A model generated the notes under the pieces. That model was not told the origin of the DNA. It saw only the letters and a list, made by a program, of their open reading frames with translations, and did no database searches. The position numbers were made by a program, and so were the translations under genes. DNA of 64,000 nucleotides. Origin: Allomuricauda sp. (GTDB taxonomy: Bacteria; Bacteroidota; Bacteroidia; Flavobacteriales; Flavobacteriaceae). Shown here one piece after another: positions 19,043-28,225 of this stretch. Location of the stretch: positions 12,254 to 76,253 of the forward strand of contig JANQIH010000295.1 of NCBI GenBank assembly GCA_028282265.1, given 5' to 3'. The first letter of the stretch is position 1. Every line of letters starts with the position of its first letter.

Positions 19043-21637
19043 TCAATCGACTTTGGTTTTGACCTCAATTATCCTATCAGGTTGAGCACTAAAAACGTCC
19101 TTCCCGTTCGTGTTCACATAGGCCTTTATCGCGTATCGGGAATTCTGTCGAAGTTTCTCCCTTGGAATAACGACTTGAAACCTGGTTCGGTTTTTATCGA
19201 CCTGATTTTCTTCAATCCGTGTTTCTTCCACGGTTAGGTACGAGATATTACTATATACGATTCCAAAGCTATGGTAACCATCAAGAGGGATATTATCAAA
19301 TTCAACATCTACAACATAGTTGCCATTGGTGTCTTGTTCTATCGCCGTTATTTCAATCCTGTAATTGGCGTCCAGTTTGATCGGTGTGGCAATATTGGGA
19401 TAGAAATTGCTTTCCCCTTCCCCTGTCGCGGCTTTCACCGTATAAAAAAACTCCTTGCCCTTCTTCACGGAAGTATCTTCAAAGCTGGTGTTTTCCAAAT
19501 CTGAAGCCAGTACTTTAAAGTCATGTAACTTTTCACCCCGAAGAACAATATATGTTGTTCCTGGTGGGTTTAGATCATTGGGAGTCCAGTTCAACATGAT
19601 ATTTCCCTCAGGGGTTTCCCGTGCGGATACGTCCCTTGGGGAATAGGGAATGTTTTCTTTAGGGATTACGGTCACAGGTTCCGAAAATTTACCCTGTCCC
19701 AATCCATTGTAGGCTGCAACAGTAAAGTCACGAGCTATGTCCATTTCAAGTCCTTCCACACGATACCCAAAAACATTCTTGGCATCCACTATTTTTTCCT
19801 CACCTGTTTTTGAAATGTATTTTAAGAGATATCCTTCAGCATTTTTGACACTTTGCCACATAATGGTGGCGGTATCATCCCGCCTTGCGGTCTTGAAAAT
19901 TGATGGTGTTCCCGGCAAATGATATCCTTGAGAAACGATTTTGGATTTTGAAATATCACCTGAAGAGTTCAAAGCCACCGCTTGAAAATGATAGGTTTCG
20001 CCAAGTTTCAAATTGGTCACTTCATGGTTTGTCCTTTTTATACCATCGATTTTGTTGTTTAGAGAATCAGATACTGTTCCATACCACAATTGATATTCGG
20101 TGGCTCCTTCTAGGTTGCCCCAAACCGCGTTCACTCCATTTTCAGTAACTGATAAATCATAAATTCGTGGCGGTGGTAAGGTAGTTTTTCGGTCAGACTT
20201 CCATTTAGCCACTGTAACGCTCAACGGTTTTATAACGAGTCTTTGGCCGTCGCTTGTTTCGGAACGTATTTCGGTGTTCTTTGTTGTCAAGTCATCAGCT
20301 GAGATGTATTCAAGTTCTATCTTTCTTTTCAAAGGCTTTCCGTCCAAAGTCAACTCAAATTCACTTGTTTCCAAACTGCGGTTGGTGACCACCAAATAAT
20401 CATAACCATTGGTACCCCGATAAGTTTGGGCGTACATGCCTTCAACAACGGTCTGATTCATTCCGATTGCCTTTAAACCACCTAATATTCTGGTTGTATA
20501 AACAAAATCGGAATTGTTGACTGCACGGTTGTAAATCTTATAGGCCTTGCCCTCCAACAACCTGTGGATTCCTGTTTTAATGGAATCGGTATTCAGTTGT
20601 TCGCGTTTCCGATACGCTTCTGTTACCAAATGATTGAAATTCTTTTCGGGAACATATTTGTTGCTGATCTCGTGTGCGCCGACCCATCGAGTATTTTTAT
20701 GTTGCAACTGGCGCATGGTATATTCGATATTATAGATGCTGTAATAAATACCGTCCAAAGGTTTGTTCCAAATACCAAACTCGGTTATGAGCATGGGAAT
20801 GCCTTCAGAGGTATATGCTTCTATTTCCTCCATGGCTTCTTTGCCGGTAGCCTCCAAAAGCTTGGAGTTGGCCCTGCGATATGCAGCATCTAGGGATTCG
20901 CGTTTGCCCGTATGTGGGGCATAGGAGTGTTTTGAAAAGGTGTTCCAATAGGCACCATGCTCCCGTTGATATTGGTTTATCTCCTTCATGAACCCCCAGA
21001 TTCCGTCCCACGTGAAGTTCAGCGCTAATTGCGCTTCTGGAAAGACTTCCAATATAGCATCTGCGTGTGGCCGCATTTTAACCGCATAGTCGTATCCATT
21101 GTTCCACCAATACCTTTCACGATGTGGAACGTAGAAATAGGGTTCATTACAAAACTGCCAAACCTCCACCTCAATGTTATTGTTCTTTACAAAACGTGCA
21201 AGCTCTTTAGTGATTTCAGGAGTTTCGGAAAAGGCATTGATGGTCACAACAAGTTTTCCGTTTATTTCTCCCAAAAGTTGGTATAAGTCAAAAATGCGAT
21301 GTGGTCCTTTTATCTCTGTAAATTCATATCCCTTAAGATATTGCTTTGACTTATCGAACATATGGGCATAATCCAAATCGTATTGACCCGTGGCACAGTT
21401 AAAGGCATCACCCATCGTTCCGGAAAAAAAACGCAACCAACCTGGGCGTAGCTCATGAACAGCTTTACGGAAATCAGGGTGGGTATAGTTCCATACCTTG
21501 TCTGCTATTCTTACATTGAACCCGCTACTTCCCAAATTTATCCCGTGTCCTTTTTTGGTGTCGATTTCAATTTTTGGTAACGGCTCTTGAGCGATGAAAA
21601 ACACAGGAAATAGGAGAATGAATAAAAAAATCTTCAT
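19043..21637 (-). CDS. Unclassified clan GH-A glycoside hydrolase with three FN3 domains, Sec signal peptide
   Basis: WLRFFSGT, WQFCNEPYF (acid/base), HSY, LITEF (nucleophile); three FN3 repeats (VWGNL..ATEY, MWQSVKNAEGY, LNWTP..Y); homologous to the catalytic module of 41653..46683. Confidence 0.75.
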   Translation of the reverse strand: MKIFLFILLFPVFFIAQEPLPKIEIDTKKGHGINLGSSGFNVRIADKVWNYTHPDFRKAVHELRPGWLRFFSGTMGDAFNCATGQYDLDYAHMFDKSKQYLKGYEFTEIKGPHRIFDLYQLLGEINGKLVVTINAFSETPEITKELARFVKNNNIEVEVWQFCNEPYFYVPHRERYWWNNGYDYAVKMRPHADAILEVFPEAQLALNFTWDGIWGFMKEINQYQREHGAYWNTFSKHSYAPHTGKRESLDAAYRRANSKLLEATGKEAMEEIEAYTSEGIPMLITEFGIWNKPLDGIYYSIYNIEYTMRQLQHKNTRWVGAHEISNKYVPEKNFNHLVTEAYRKREQLNTDSIKTGIHRLLEGKAYKIYNRAVNNSDFVYTTRILGGLKAIGMNQTVVEGMYAQTYRGTNGYDYLVVTNRSLETSEFELTLDGKPLKRKIELEYISADDLTTKNTEIRSETSDGQRLVIKPLSVTVAKWKSDRKTTLPPPRIYDLSVTENGVNAVWGNLEGATEYQLWYGTVSDSLNNKIDGIKRTNHEVTNLKLGETYHFQAVALNSSGDISKSKIVSQGYHLPGTPSIFKTARRDDTATIMWQSVKNAEGYLLKYISKTGEEKIVDAKNVFGYRVEGLEMDIARDFTVAAYNGLGQGKFSEPVTVIPKENIPYSPRDVSARETPEGNIMLNWTPNDLNPPGTTYIVLRGEKLHDFKVLASDLENTSFEDTSVKKGKEFFYTVKAATGEGESNFYPNIATPIKLDANYRIEITAIEQDTNGNYVVDVEFDNIPLDGYHSFGIVYSNISYLTVEETRIEENQVDKNRTRFQVVIPREKLRQNSRYAIKAYVNTNGKDVFSAQPDRIIEVKTKVD

Positions 21638-21650
21638 GACTTCGATTTAA

Positions 21651-21677
21651 AAAGGGGCCTTTGCGAAAAGCCCCTTT
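21651..21677 (-). terminator. Intra-operon hairpin/terminator between the sulfatase and the GH-FN3 gene
   Basis: AAAGGGGCCTTT-GCGA-AAAGCCCCTTT stem with one mismatch, followed by a U-run on the minus strand. Confidence 0.6.
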
Positions 21678-21714
21678 GGAGTAAAACCCACTAACTCAAA
21701 TTAACTAAACTACT

Positions 21715-23193
21715 TTACTTGCTGTTCAAATAGGTTTCCTGACTGAACTGAAAAACCTCCGAAGGTGTCCGGGCCTCTTCCATTAATGCGCCCATTTCAG
21801 CGACAAGTTCTGGATAGTGCTCGGCCACGTTGTTTTGCTCCCTTTCGTCTTTTGATAAATCATACAGTTCGATTTTAGAACTTTCCTCAAAAACGTTATA
21901 CCTTACTGCCTTCCATTTTCCTTTTCGTATCGCCTGTCTACCTCCTTTTTCATGAAATTCCCAATATAGATAGTCGTGTTCTTGTTGGTTCTCCACATCA
22001 CCGAGGAGTGTCGGCAAAAAGCTGATACCATCCCAACCTTCCAATTGACGGCCTCCTGCCAATTCCGTCAACGTAGGCAATACATCCCAAAAGGCTGAGA
22101 TATGATCGGTTCTTGAATTTTCTTCAATCCTTTCGGGCCATTTGACAATCATCGGCACCCGAATTCCCCCTTCGTACAAATCGCGCTTAAAACCTCTATA
22201 GGGGCCATTACTGTCAAAATAAACAGGATCTCCCCCTCCTTCTTGGTGCGGGCCATTATCAGAAGTAAAAATTATCAATGTGTTTTCAGTGAGGCCAAGC
22301 TCTTCAATTTTGGAAACGATTTCTCCAACCTGTTGGTCCAAAACATCAACCATAGCTGCAAATGCAGCATGGGTTTCTTTTTGGGATTCATATGGGCCTT
22401 CCCTATATTCGGGTCCATCATCATACCCTTCATAGGTTTTTTCCGGTTCATATTTTCCTCGATGTTTTTTCATCAATACTTCGGGGGCAGCCAATTCAGC
22501 ATGAGGTAAGATGGAAGCTACGTAGAGAAAAAAAGGATTGGATTTGTTGTTCTCAATAAAATCAAGTGTTTTTTCATGAATTAAATCCGGGGCGTAAACT
22601 TCTTTGTTCTTTCCTTCGTTCCCAGATATTACGATGGAATCATAGTTTGACCATAAATGTCTGGGATAGTAGTTGTGCCCGAGCCGTTGACAGTTATAAC
22701 CAAAGAATGAATCAAATCCTTGTTTGATGGGATCCCCCTCGGAACCTGGAAATCCGAGTCCCCACTTGCCAAAAGCACCCGTGGAATACCCTTGCGCTTT
22801 CAAAGCCTCGGCCATAGTGAAAGTACTATCTGGAATTGGAAATTGTCCTTCTGGTTTTATTTCCTTGTTTCCCCTAACAACCGTATGACCAGTGTGCATG
22901 CCAGTCATTAAAGCCGACCTTGATGGAGCGCAAACCGTGCTTCCAGAATAATGCTGTGTAAACAACATTCCCTGCTTGGCCAATTTATCAATGTTTGGTG
23001 TGGGAAACTTCTTTTGTCCATAAACCCCAATATCACCGTACCCCAAATCATCGGCTAAAATGTAGATTATATTAGGTTTGGTTTTGCCATTAAGCATATG
23101 GGCCATTTCCTTCTTGTTTTTGTTTTTTGGGTTGCAGGCAAATATTAAAAACAACACCGCATAGCCTAAAGACCTTCCTATTCTATCTTTCAT
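21715..23193 (-). CDS. S1 arylsulfatase (Cys-type, CAPSR), lipoprotein
   Basis: PNIIYILADDLGYGD, CAPSRSALMTG, GKWGLG, TSDNGPH, YEGGIRVP; lipobox IFAC; directly downstream of SusD. Confidence 0.93.
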   Translation of the reverse strand: MKDRIGRSLGYAVLFLIFACNPKNKNKKEMAHMLNGKTKPNIIYILADDLGYGDIGVYGQKKFPTPNIDKLAKQGMLFTQHYSGSTVCAPSRSALMTGMHTGHTVVRGNKEIKPEGQFPIPDSTFTMAEALKAQGYSTGAFGKWGLGFPGSEGDPIKQGFDSFFGYNCQRLGHNYYPRHLWSNYDSIVISGNEGKNKEVYAPDLIHEKTLDFIENNKSNPFFLYVASILPHAELAAPEVLMKKHRGKYEPEKTYEGYDDGPEYREGPYESQKETHAAFAAMVDVLDQQVGEIVSKIEELGLTENTLIIFTSDNGPHQEGGGDPVYFDSNGPYRGFKRDLYEGGIRVPMIVKWPERIEENSRTDHISAFWDVLPTLTELAGGRQLEGWDGISFLPTLLGDVENQQEHDYLYWEFHEKGGRQAIRKGKWKAVRYNVFEESSKIELYDLSKDEREQNNVAEHYPELVAEMGALMEEARTPSEVFQFSQETYLNSK

Positions 23194-23238
23194 CTAATAA
23201 TAATGATATCAAATTGCCAATTTTTCCAGTTTAATTTT

Positions 23239-24792
23239 TTATCCGCCTCTATACCCATTGTTGGTAGGGTCTGAGTTTAATAAATTTGGATTCAGGATAA
23301 GCTCCTCCTGAGGTATGGGAAGCAATACGTGGTATGGTTGAATGTTGTCCGCTGGGTTGTTCCATGCTCTATGCTGAACACTTTGCACAGTTTCCAGTAA
23401 AATGCCCCAACGAATCAAGTCCATTCTACGATACCCCTCGGTACATAGCTCAAACTTACGCTCATCATACATCGCCAAGCGAAATTGTTCCTGGTTCATT
23501 CCGCTCCAAGGTTTATCAGGTTCAAAGGCCCGCTCACGGACACGGTTCACATAAGGGTATGCTCCGTTAGGACCATTAAGTTCGTTTTCGGCTTCCGCCG
23601 CCATTAAATAAATATCCGCCAAACGGAACACCACGTAATTTTCATGGTGGTTCTGTCGAGGCGAAGTCTGGTTCAAGTTCCAATTTTTCCTGAAATATGG
23701 AAACGACAACTCGTATCCCAAATATTCGCTGACAATGGTGGCATCATATCTCAAGTCATCCGGATCCCAATTGGCCCGGTCTGCCAATTCTGGGAGTGGA
23801 ATAGCCCATCCAAAACCAGTCATATCCTGTCCAACAGCCTGTAAATCCGCAAAAAGCAATTCCCACCTTGCGGGTGTGCCCTCGCCTCCAGGGCGATCAT
23901 TTCGATTACTGGGCTCATCACGTAGCCTTGGATTGTAATCATCCGTCCGTTGTGTAGCTCCATCGTTGAACCCTTCTACGGGATCAGTGGTAAAATCAAT
24001 AACAAAAATCTGTTCATCGTTATATTGATCTGTCAAATCTGTCTGGTCAAAAACGGCGGCGAAATCCTCAAGTAAACGATGTGGCGAATTATTGATAATG
24101 TTATCACATGCGATCTTGGCTTCTGCCCATTCCCTATCGAAGAGATGAAATTTAGCTTTCAAAGCTTCGGCCGCCCATCTTGAGGCACGCCCCAAATCAG
24201 GTTGATTCGGTAATAAATCAAAGGCTAGGGTCAAATCGGCCTTCATGTCGGTACGAATTTGATCTCTCGAAGTGCGTTCCAACACGCCCAGTTCTTCAAG
24301 GGGAAGCAGTTCCCTAAAATAGGGTACATCGCCCCAAAGGTTGGTCAAGTGAAAATAGGCCAATGCCCTCATGAAATAGGATTCGCCCAAGGTTTGATTC
24401 CTTACTTCCTCAGAAAGGCTCTCATTACCTTCAATACTTGAAATGTTCAATGATGCATTACGTACAATTTCATAGAGTGCTCCCCATGTGCCATTTCCAT
24501 CAGCGACCCCTTCTTGAATCAAATAGTTATGGATATTGCCGTTCACATTTCTGCTAGGACCCACCTCATCGGCACCATTGACATAATAATTATCCAAGCC
24601 TCTGGTTCTATAAAGGGTTCCCCTGTGTAAAATACGATAAAGTCCATTGGCGGCCAACACGGCTTCTTGATCGTTGTTAAAGAAATTCTCTACGGCAATT
24701 TGATCGCGCAAATCTTCCTCTAAAAAGCTATCACAGCCTGAAAGCACCATCAAAACTGCACAAATTGATACGATAAATGTTTTGTTTTTCAT
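23239..24792 (-). CDS. susD: SusD/RagB family outer-membrane lipoprotein
   Basis: Lipobox LSGC; GESYFMRALAYFHLTNLWGDVP, FRLADIYLMAAEA, DERKFELCTEGYRRMDLIRWG, LLPIPQEE. Confidence 0.95.
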   Translation of the reverse strand: MKNKTFIVSICAVLMVLSGCDSFLEEDLRDQIAVENFFNNDQEAVLAANGLYRILHRGTLYRTRGLDNYYVNGADEVGPSRNVNGNIHNYLIQEGVADGNGTWGALYEIVRNASLNISSIEGNESLSEEVRNQTLGESYFMRALAYFHLTNLWGDVPYFRELLPLEELGVLERTSRDQIRTDMKADLTLAFDLLPNQPDLGRASRWAAEALKAKFHLFDREWAEAKIACDNIINNSPHRLLEDFAAVFDQTDLTDQYNDEQIFVIDFTTDPVEGFNDGATQRTDDYNPRLRDEPSNRNDRPGGEGTPARWELLFADLQAVGQDMTGFGWAIPLPELADRANWDPDDLRYDATIVSEYLGYELSFPYFRKNWNLNQTSPRQNHHENYVVFRLADIYLMAAEAENELNGPNGAYPYVNRVRERAFEPDKPWSGMNQEQFRLAMYDERKFELCTEGYRRMDLIRWGILLETVQSVQHRAWNNPADNIQPYHVLLPIPQEELILNPNLLNSDPTNNGYRGG

Positions 24793-24802
24793 TGCTGTTT
24801 TT

Positions 24803-27800
24803 TTAAAATTCGAATCTTACACCCGTTAATATACTTGTTGCATATGGATATGCTCCTGCAGCAAAACCTTGGGAAACACCACCAAATTGATTGTTTGTAC
24901 TCGCGGAAGTGAAATTATTCACTTCAGGATCACCCAAGGTGAAGTCAGAGAATAGTAAAAGGTTTCTACCCGTTACGTACACGTTTATACCTTTGAAAAT
25001 ATCACCCAGTCCCACATTTTCCACAGGAATATCATAGGAGAGGGTAACTGTGCGCAATCGAACAAAAGAACCATCCTCTATATTAACCGTACTATTTGGG
25101 TTAAACAGACTGGTAGAGGTTCCTGCTCGAGGAATGTCGGAGGTTTCATCAATCCCTTCCCTCCATCGGTTCAATACTCTTGGATCTACATTTTCATCCC
25201 CTCTTCCGAACAAGGAACGTTGGGTCACCACGTTGAATATTTCGGCACCAAAGGAGTACTGAAAGAAAACATCCAGATTCAGACCTTTCCAGGAGAAAGT
25301 ATTTCTTAACCCTCCAAAAAAGTCAGGTTGGGGACTCCCAATTACCGAAAAATCTTCTTGATTGATGGTCCCATCCTCATTAACATCACGATAACGGGGA
25401 CTCCCTAAAAAGGCGCGTCCTACGGCGTTGTCATCTATAATTTCCTGTGGGTCTTTGTAAGTCCCCAAATACTCGGCACCAACAAAGGCTGGAAAAGCTT
25501 CTCCAGGGATAAGTCGTGCAGAAGGACCGCCCTGATTACCGGTTGACTGAATGTCGATAAACTCTTCATCACCAATATCCAAAACCTCGCTGTCGTTGGA
25601 AGTGAGGGTAAACGTAGTGTTCCAGCTAAAGTTATCATTGCTAATATTTCTTGTATCCAACAAAAATTCAAAACCTCGGTTCTCAACACTACCTACATTT
25701 TCAAGTACCCTGTTACCCGCTGTATTGGGCAAATCCCGAAACAGTAATAAATCTTCCGTAGTCCTTTTATAATATCCTGCCTCGATTGAAATCCGATTGT
25801 TCAACAAGCCGATTTCCAGACCTAAATCCAGTTGCTTTGTTGTCTCCCAGGTCAAATCATTGGTAGCAGGATCGTCCAAGATTACAGCTGGAACCAAGAC
25901 TTCGTTGAAATAATTAAATTCAGGATCGAATAAATTAAAAGAATTGTATGGGCTTACCCCTTGCTCACCAACTATTCCATAGCTTCCCCTAAACTTCAAC
26001 CTGTTGATGGCTTCCAAATCAGTCATAAAATTTTCCTCGTCGACATTCCAAGCCACCCCAACGGATGGAAAAAAAGAATACTTGTTCCCGTCCTCAAACA
26101 CAGAGGAGCCATCTTGCCTTCCAACTACCGTTAAAATATAGCGGTCTTTGTATCCGTAGGTTACCCTGCCCAAGATGGAAGTCAATGTTCGTTGGCCATA
26201 CCCGGATCTAACTTGATAGGTTTCTGGGTCAGAACCTAAGGAAAGGTTGTTGAACTCCACAACATCGTTGGGAAAGCCTTCTGCGGATTGATCGGTGGTT
26301 TCATTGGTGATTTTTTGAGCCGTAAAACCACCCAATATGTTTAACGAATGGTCACCAAATCTCTTGTCCCAAGTAAAAGTGGTCTCACTCAATATATCCT
26401 TGGAATTATTCGTTCTTATGCGACCGAAACCACCAATATTATTGTTCAAAAGCCTTTCTGGTAGGGCACCTGGTTGATACTCGTTTCGCTTAAAAAAATT
26501 AAAGGTCGCCCCAAAACTGGTTCTCATCCTAAAATCCTCGAAGAGTTCATATTCTGCATATAAGTTGGTAATAATATTGGTGACCAAATCGTGGTCCACC
26601 CGCAACTGGTAATCCGCTACAGGGTTACGTTGCAATGTACCGCTTACGGGATTGGTTCCGGTGAAATTGCCCTCATCGTCAAATACCGTTCTAATTGGAA
26701 GTACTCCGGAAATTATTTGTTGAAAATTGACCTTATTTCGCTCCCTTCTGAAGGTGCTTAGATTTAAACGCGTACCAAACTTAAACCGTTCGGACACATC
26801 AACATCAAAGTTGCTCCTAAAAGTTACCCGCTCCAACCCGGAATTTTTAATCAAACCTTCTTGATTGAAATAGTTGATTGATGAGTAGTAATTGGTATTC
26901 TCCGTTCTACCGGTTACAGAAAGGTCGGTATTATAGATTATACCCGACGAGGTTACTTCATCTACCCAGTCGGTAGTGGGCACCGCACCTGGATTATCAA
27001 ACTGCAATGGCAAACTGGGATCCGTGAAACCGATGGGCACCAGAGTACCGTTTACATTGATTGGGGTTCCAGGCGTAAATTGACCCGCTTCGTTAAGATA
27101 ATCCACATAATCCTGACCTCCCAATATTTCGATTTCGTTGGCCAGCGCGTCCATGCTCACATAAGAATTTAGAGTGAAGGTCGGTTTTCCAACAGGCAAG
27201 GATGTTCCGTTCTTGGTAGTTATAAGGACCACTCCTGCAGCGCCTCGTGTACCGTAGATGGACAATGCGGTCGCATCTTTAAGAATTTCTATGGACTGAA
27301 TATCATTAATGTTGATATTGTTCAAATTGAATCCTGTACCCACAATAAACCCATCTACCACAAAAAGAGGGTCATTGTTCCCATTAATGGAACTGTTACC
27401 CCTAATACGGATAGTCGCTCCCTCACCAGGGGCACCATTGTTGGAGACCACCTCGACGCCCGCTGCCCGACCCTGTAGGGCCTGATCGACCCTTGACACC
27501 GGTTGGTTCTGAATTTCTTCAGCCTTTACCGATGCCACCGCGGATACCAGTTGTTTTTTCGAGGACGTTCCATAACCAATGACCACAACCTCATCCAATA
27601 GTTGGGTATCTTCAACCAAGACAATGTTTATAACTGTTGCTTCGCCCACAGTAACATTTTGGGGTATATAACCTATAAAGGAAAACTGCAATACATCCCC
27701 GGTATTGGCTTGAATGGAATAGTTACCATCAAAATCTGCAGCGACGCCATTGTTGGTGCCCTGTACCAAAACAGTAACACCCGGCAATAGGGTACCTGCC

Positions 27801-27886
27801 TCATCGGTTACGACGCCCGATATCGTTTTTTGACTCTGGCCAGAAAACCATATGGTTCCTAGCAAGATAAAAAGTAGTTGTCGCAT
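24803..27886 (-). CDS. susC: SusC/RagA TonB-dependent transporter (start reassigned to ATG at 27886)
   Basis: Signal peptide MRQLLFILLG; carboxypeptidase-regulatory-like N-domain (ISGVVTDE..PGVTV), LDEVVVIGYG, IEILKDA.A..IYG.RGAAGVVLITTK, LTWETT; C-terminal aromatic F. Confidence 0.96.
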   Translation of the reverse strand: MRQLLFILLGTIWFSGQSQKTISGVVTDEAGTLLPGVTVLVQGTNNGVAADFDGNYSIQANTGDVLQFSFIGYIPQNVTVGEATVINIVLVEDTQLLDEVVVIGYGTSSKKQLVSAVASVKAEEIQNQPVSRVDQALQGRAAGVEVVSNNGAPGEGATIRIRGNSSINGNNDPLFVVDGFIVGTGFNLNNININDIQSIEILKDATALSIYGTRGAAGVVLITTKNGTSLPVGKPTFTLNSYVSMDALANEIEILGGQDYVDYLNEAGQFTPGTPINVNGTLVPIGFTDPSLPLQFDNPGAVPTTDWVDEVTSSGIIYNTDLSVTGRTENTNYYSSINYFNQEGLIKNSGLERVTFRSNFDVDVSERFKFGTRLNLSTFRRERNKVNFQQIISGVLPIRTVFDDEGNFTGTNPVSGTLQRNPVADYQLRVDHDLVTNIITNLYAEYELFEDFRMRTSFGATFNFFKRNEYQPGALPERLLNNNIGGFGRIRTNNSKDILSETTFTWDKRFGDHSLNILGGFTAQKITNETTDQSAEGFPNDVVEFNNLSLGSDPETYQVRSGYGQRTLTSILGRVTYGYKDRYILTVVGRQDGSSVFEDGNKYSFFPSVGVAWNVDEENFMTDLEAINRLKFRGSYGIVGEQGVSPYNSFNLFDPEFNYFNEVLVPAVILDDPATNDLTWETTKQLDLGLEIGLLNNRISIEAGYYKRTTEDLLLFRDLPNTAGNRVLENVGSVENRGFEFLLDTRNISNDNFSWNTTFTLTSNDSEVLDIGDEEFIDIQSTGNQGGPSARLIPGEAFPAFVGAEYLGTYKDPQEIIDDNAVGRAFLGSPRYRDVNEDGTINQEDFSVIGSPQPDFFGGLRNTFSWKGLNLDVFFQYSFGAEIFNVVTQRSLFGRGDENVDPRVLNRWREGIDETSDIPRAGTSTSLFNPNSTVNIEDGSFVRLRTVTLSYDIPVENVGLGDIFKGINVYVTGRNLLLFSDFTLGDPEVNNFTSASTNNQFGGVSQGFAAGAYPYATSILTGVRFEF

Positions 27887-28225
27887 AGTTTGTAATATTA
27901 ATTCAGTTAGACTAAAGCTGGTTATTGTTTCGGTAAACTTAACAAGAGAATCTGCTCCCGACCCTTTCGACATTCTCAATAATAGGGGAAAATTGTTACA
28001 AAAAATTTACATTTTATTAAGATTTACAGGTATCGGGAAGTTATGCAACATTTTTGCCCCATAAATTAGACAGCACACAACAGTTCTCCTTGGAATGTAT
28101 TTGAATTATATATAATATTGACATAAATATGTATGGTTTTTTAAATAAACCACAATTTCAAAATGTATAGATTATATTATCATCATTTTTTCAGGTTTTT
28201 CCGTCTAAGGATTTCTTTATCCTTT

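Noticed and set aside
18623-19085. ORFs 18623..18829 and 18750..19085 as real small genes
   Set aside because: They are better explained as frames running through the decayed sulfatase.
27887-27979. N-terminal extensions given by the ORF track for SusC (also the symporter at 48832, galM at 56646 and the sulfatase at 62918)
   Set aside because: Signal peptides or the first TM helix begin at downstream ATGs, so the shorter starts were used.
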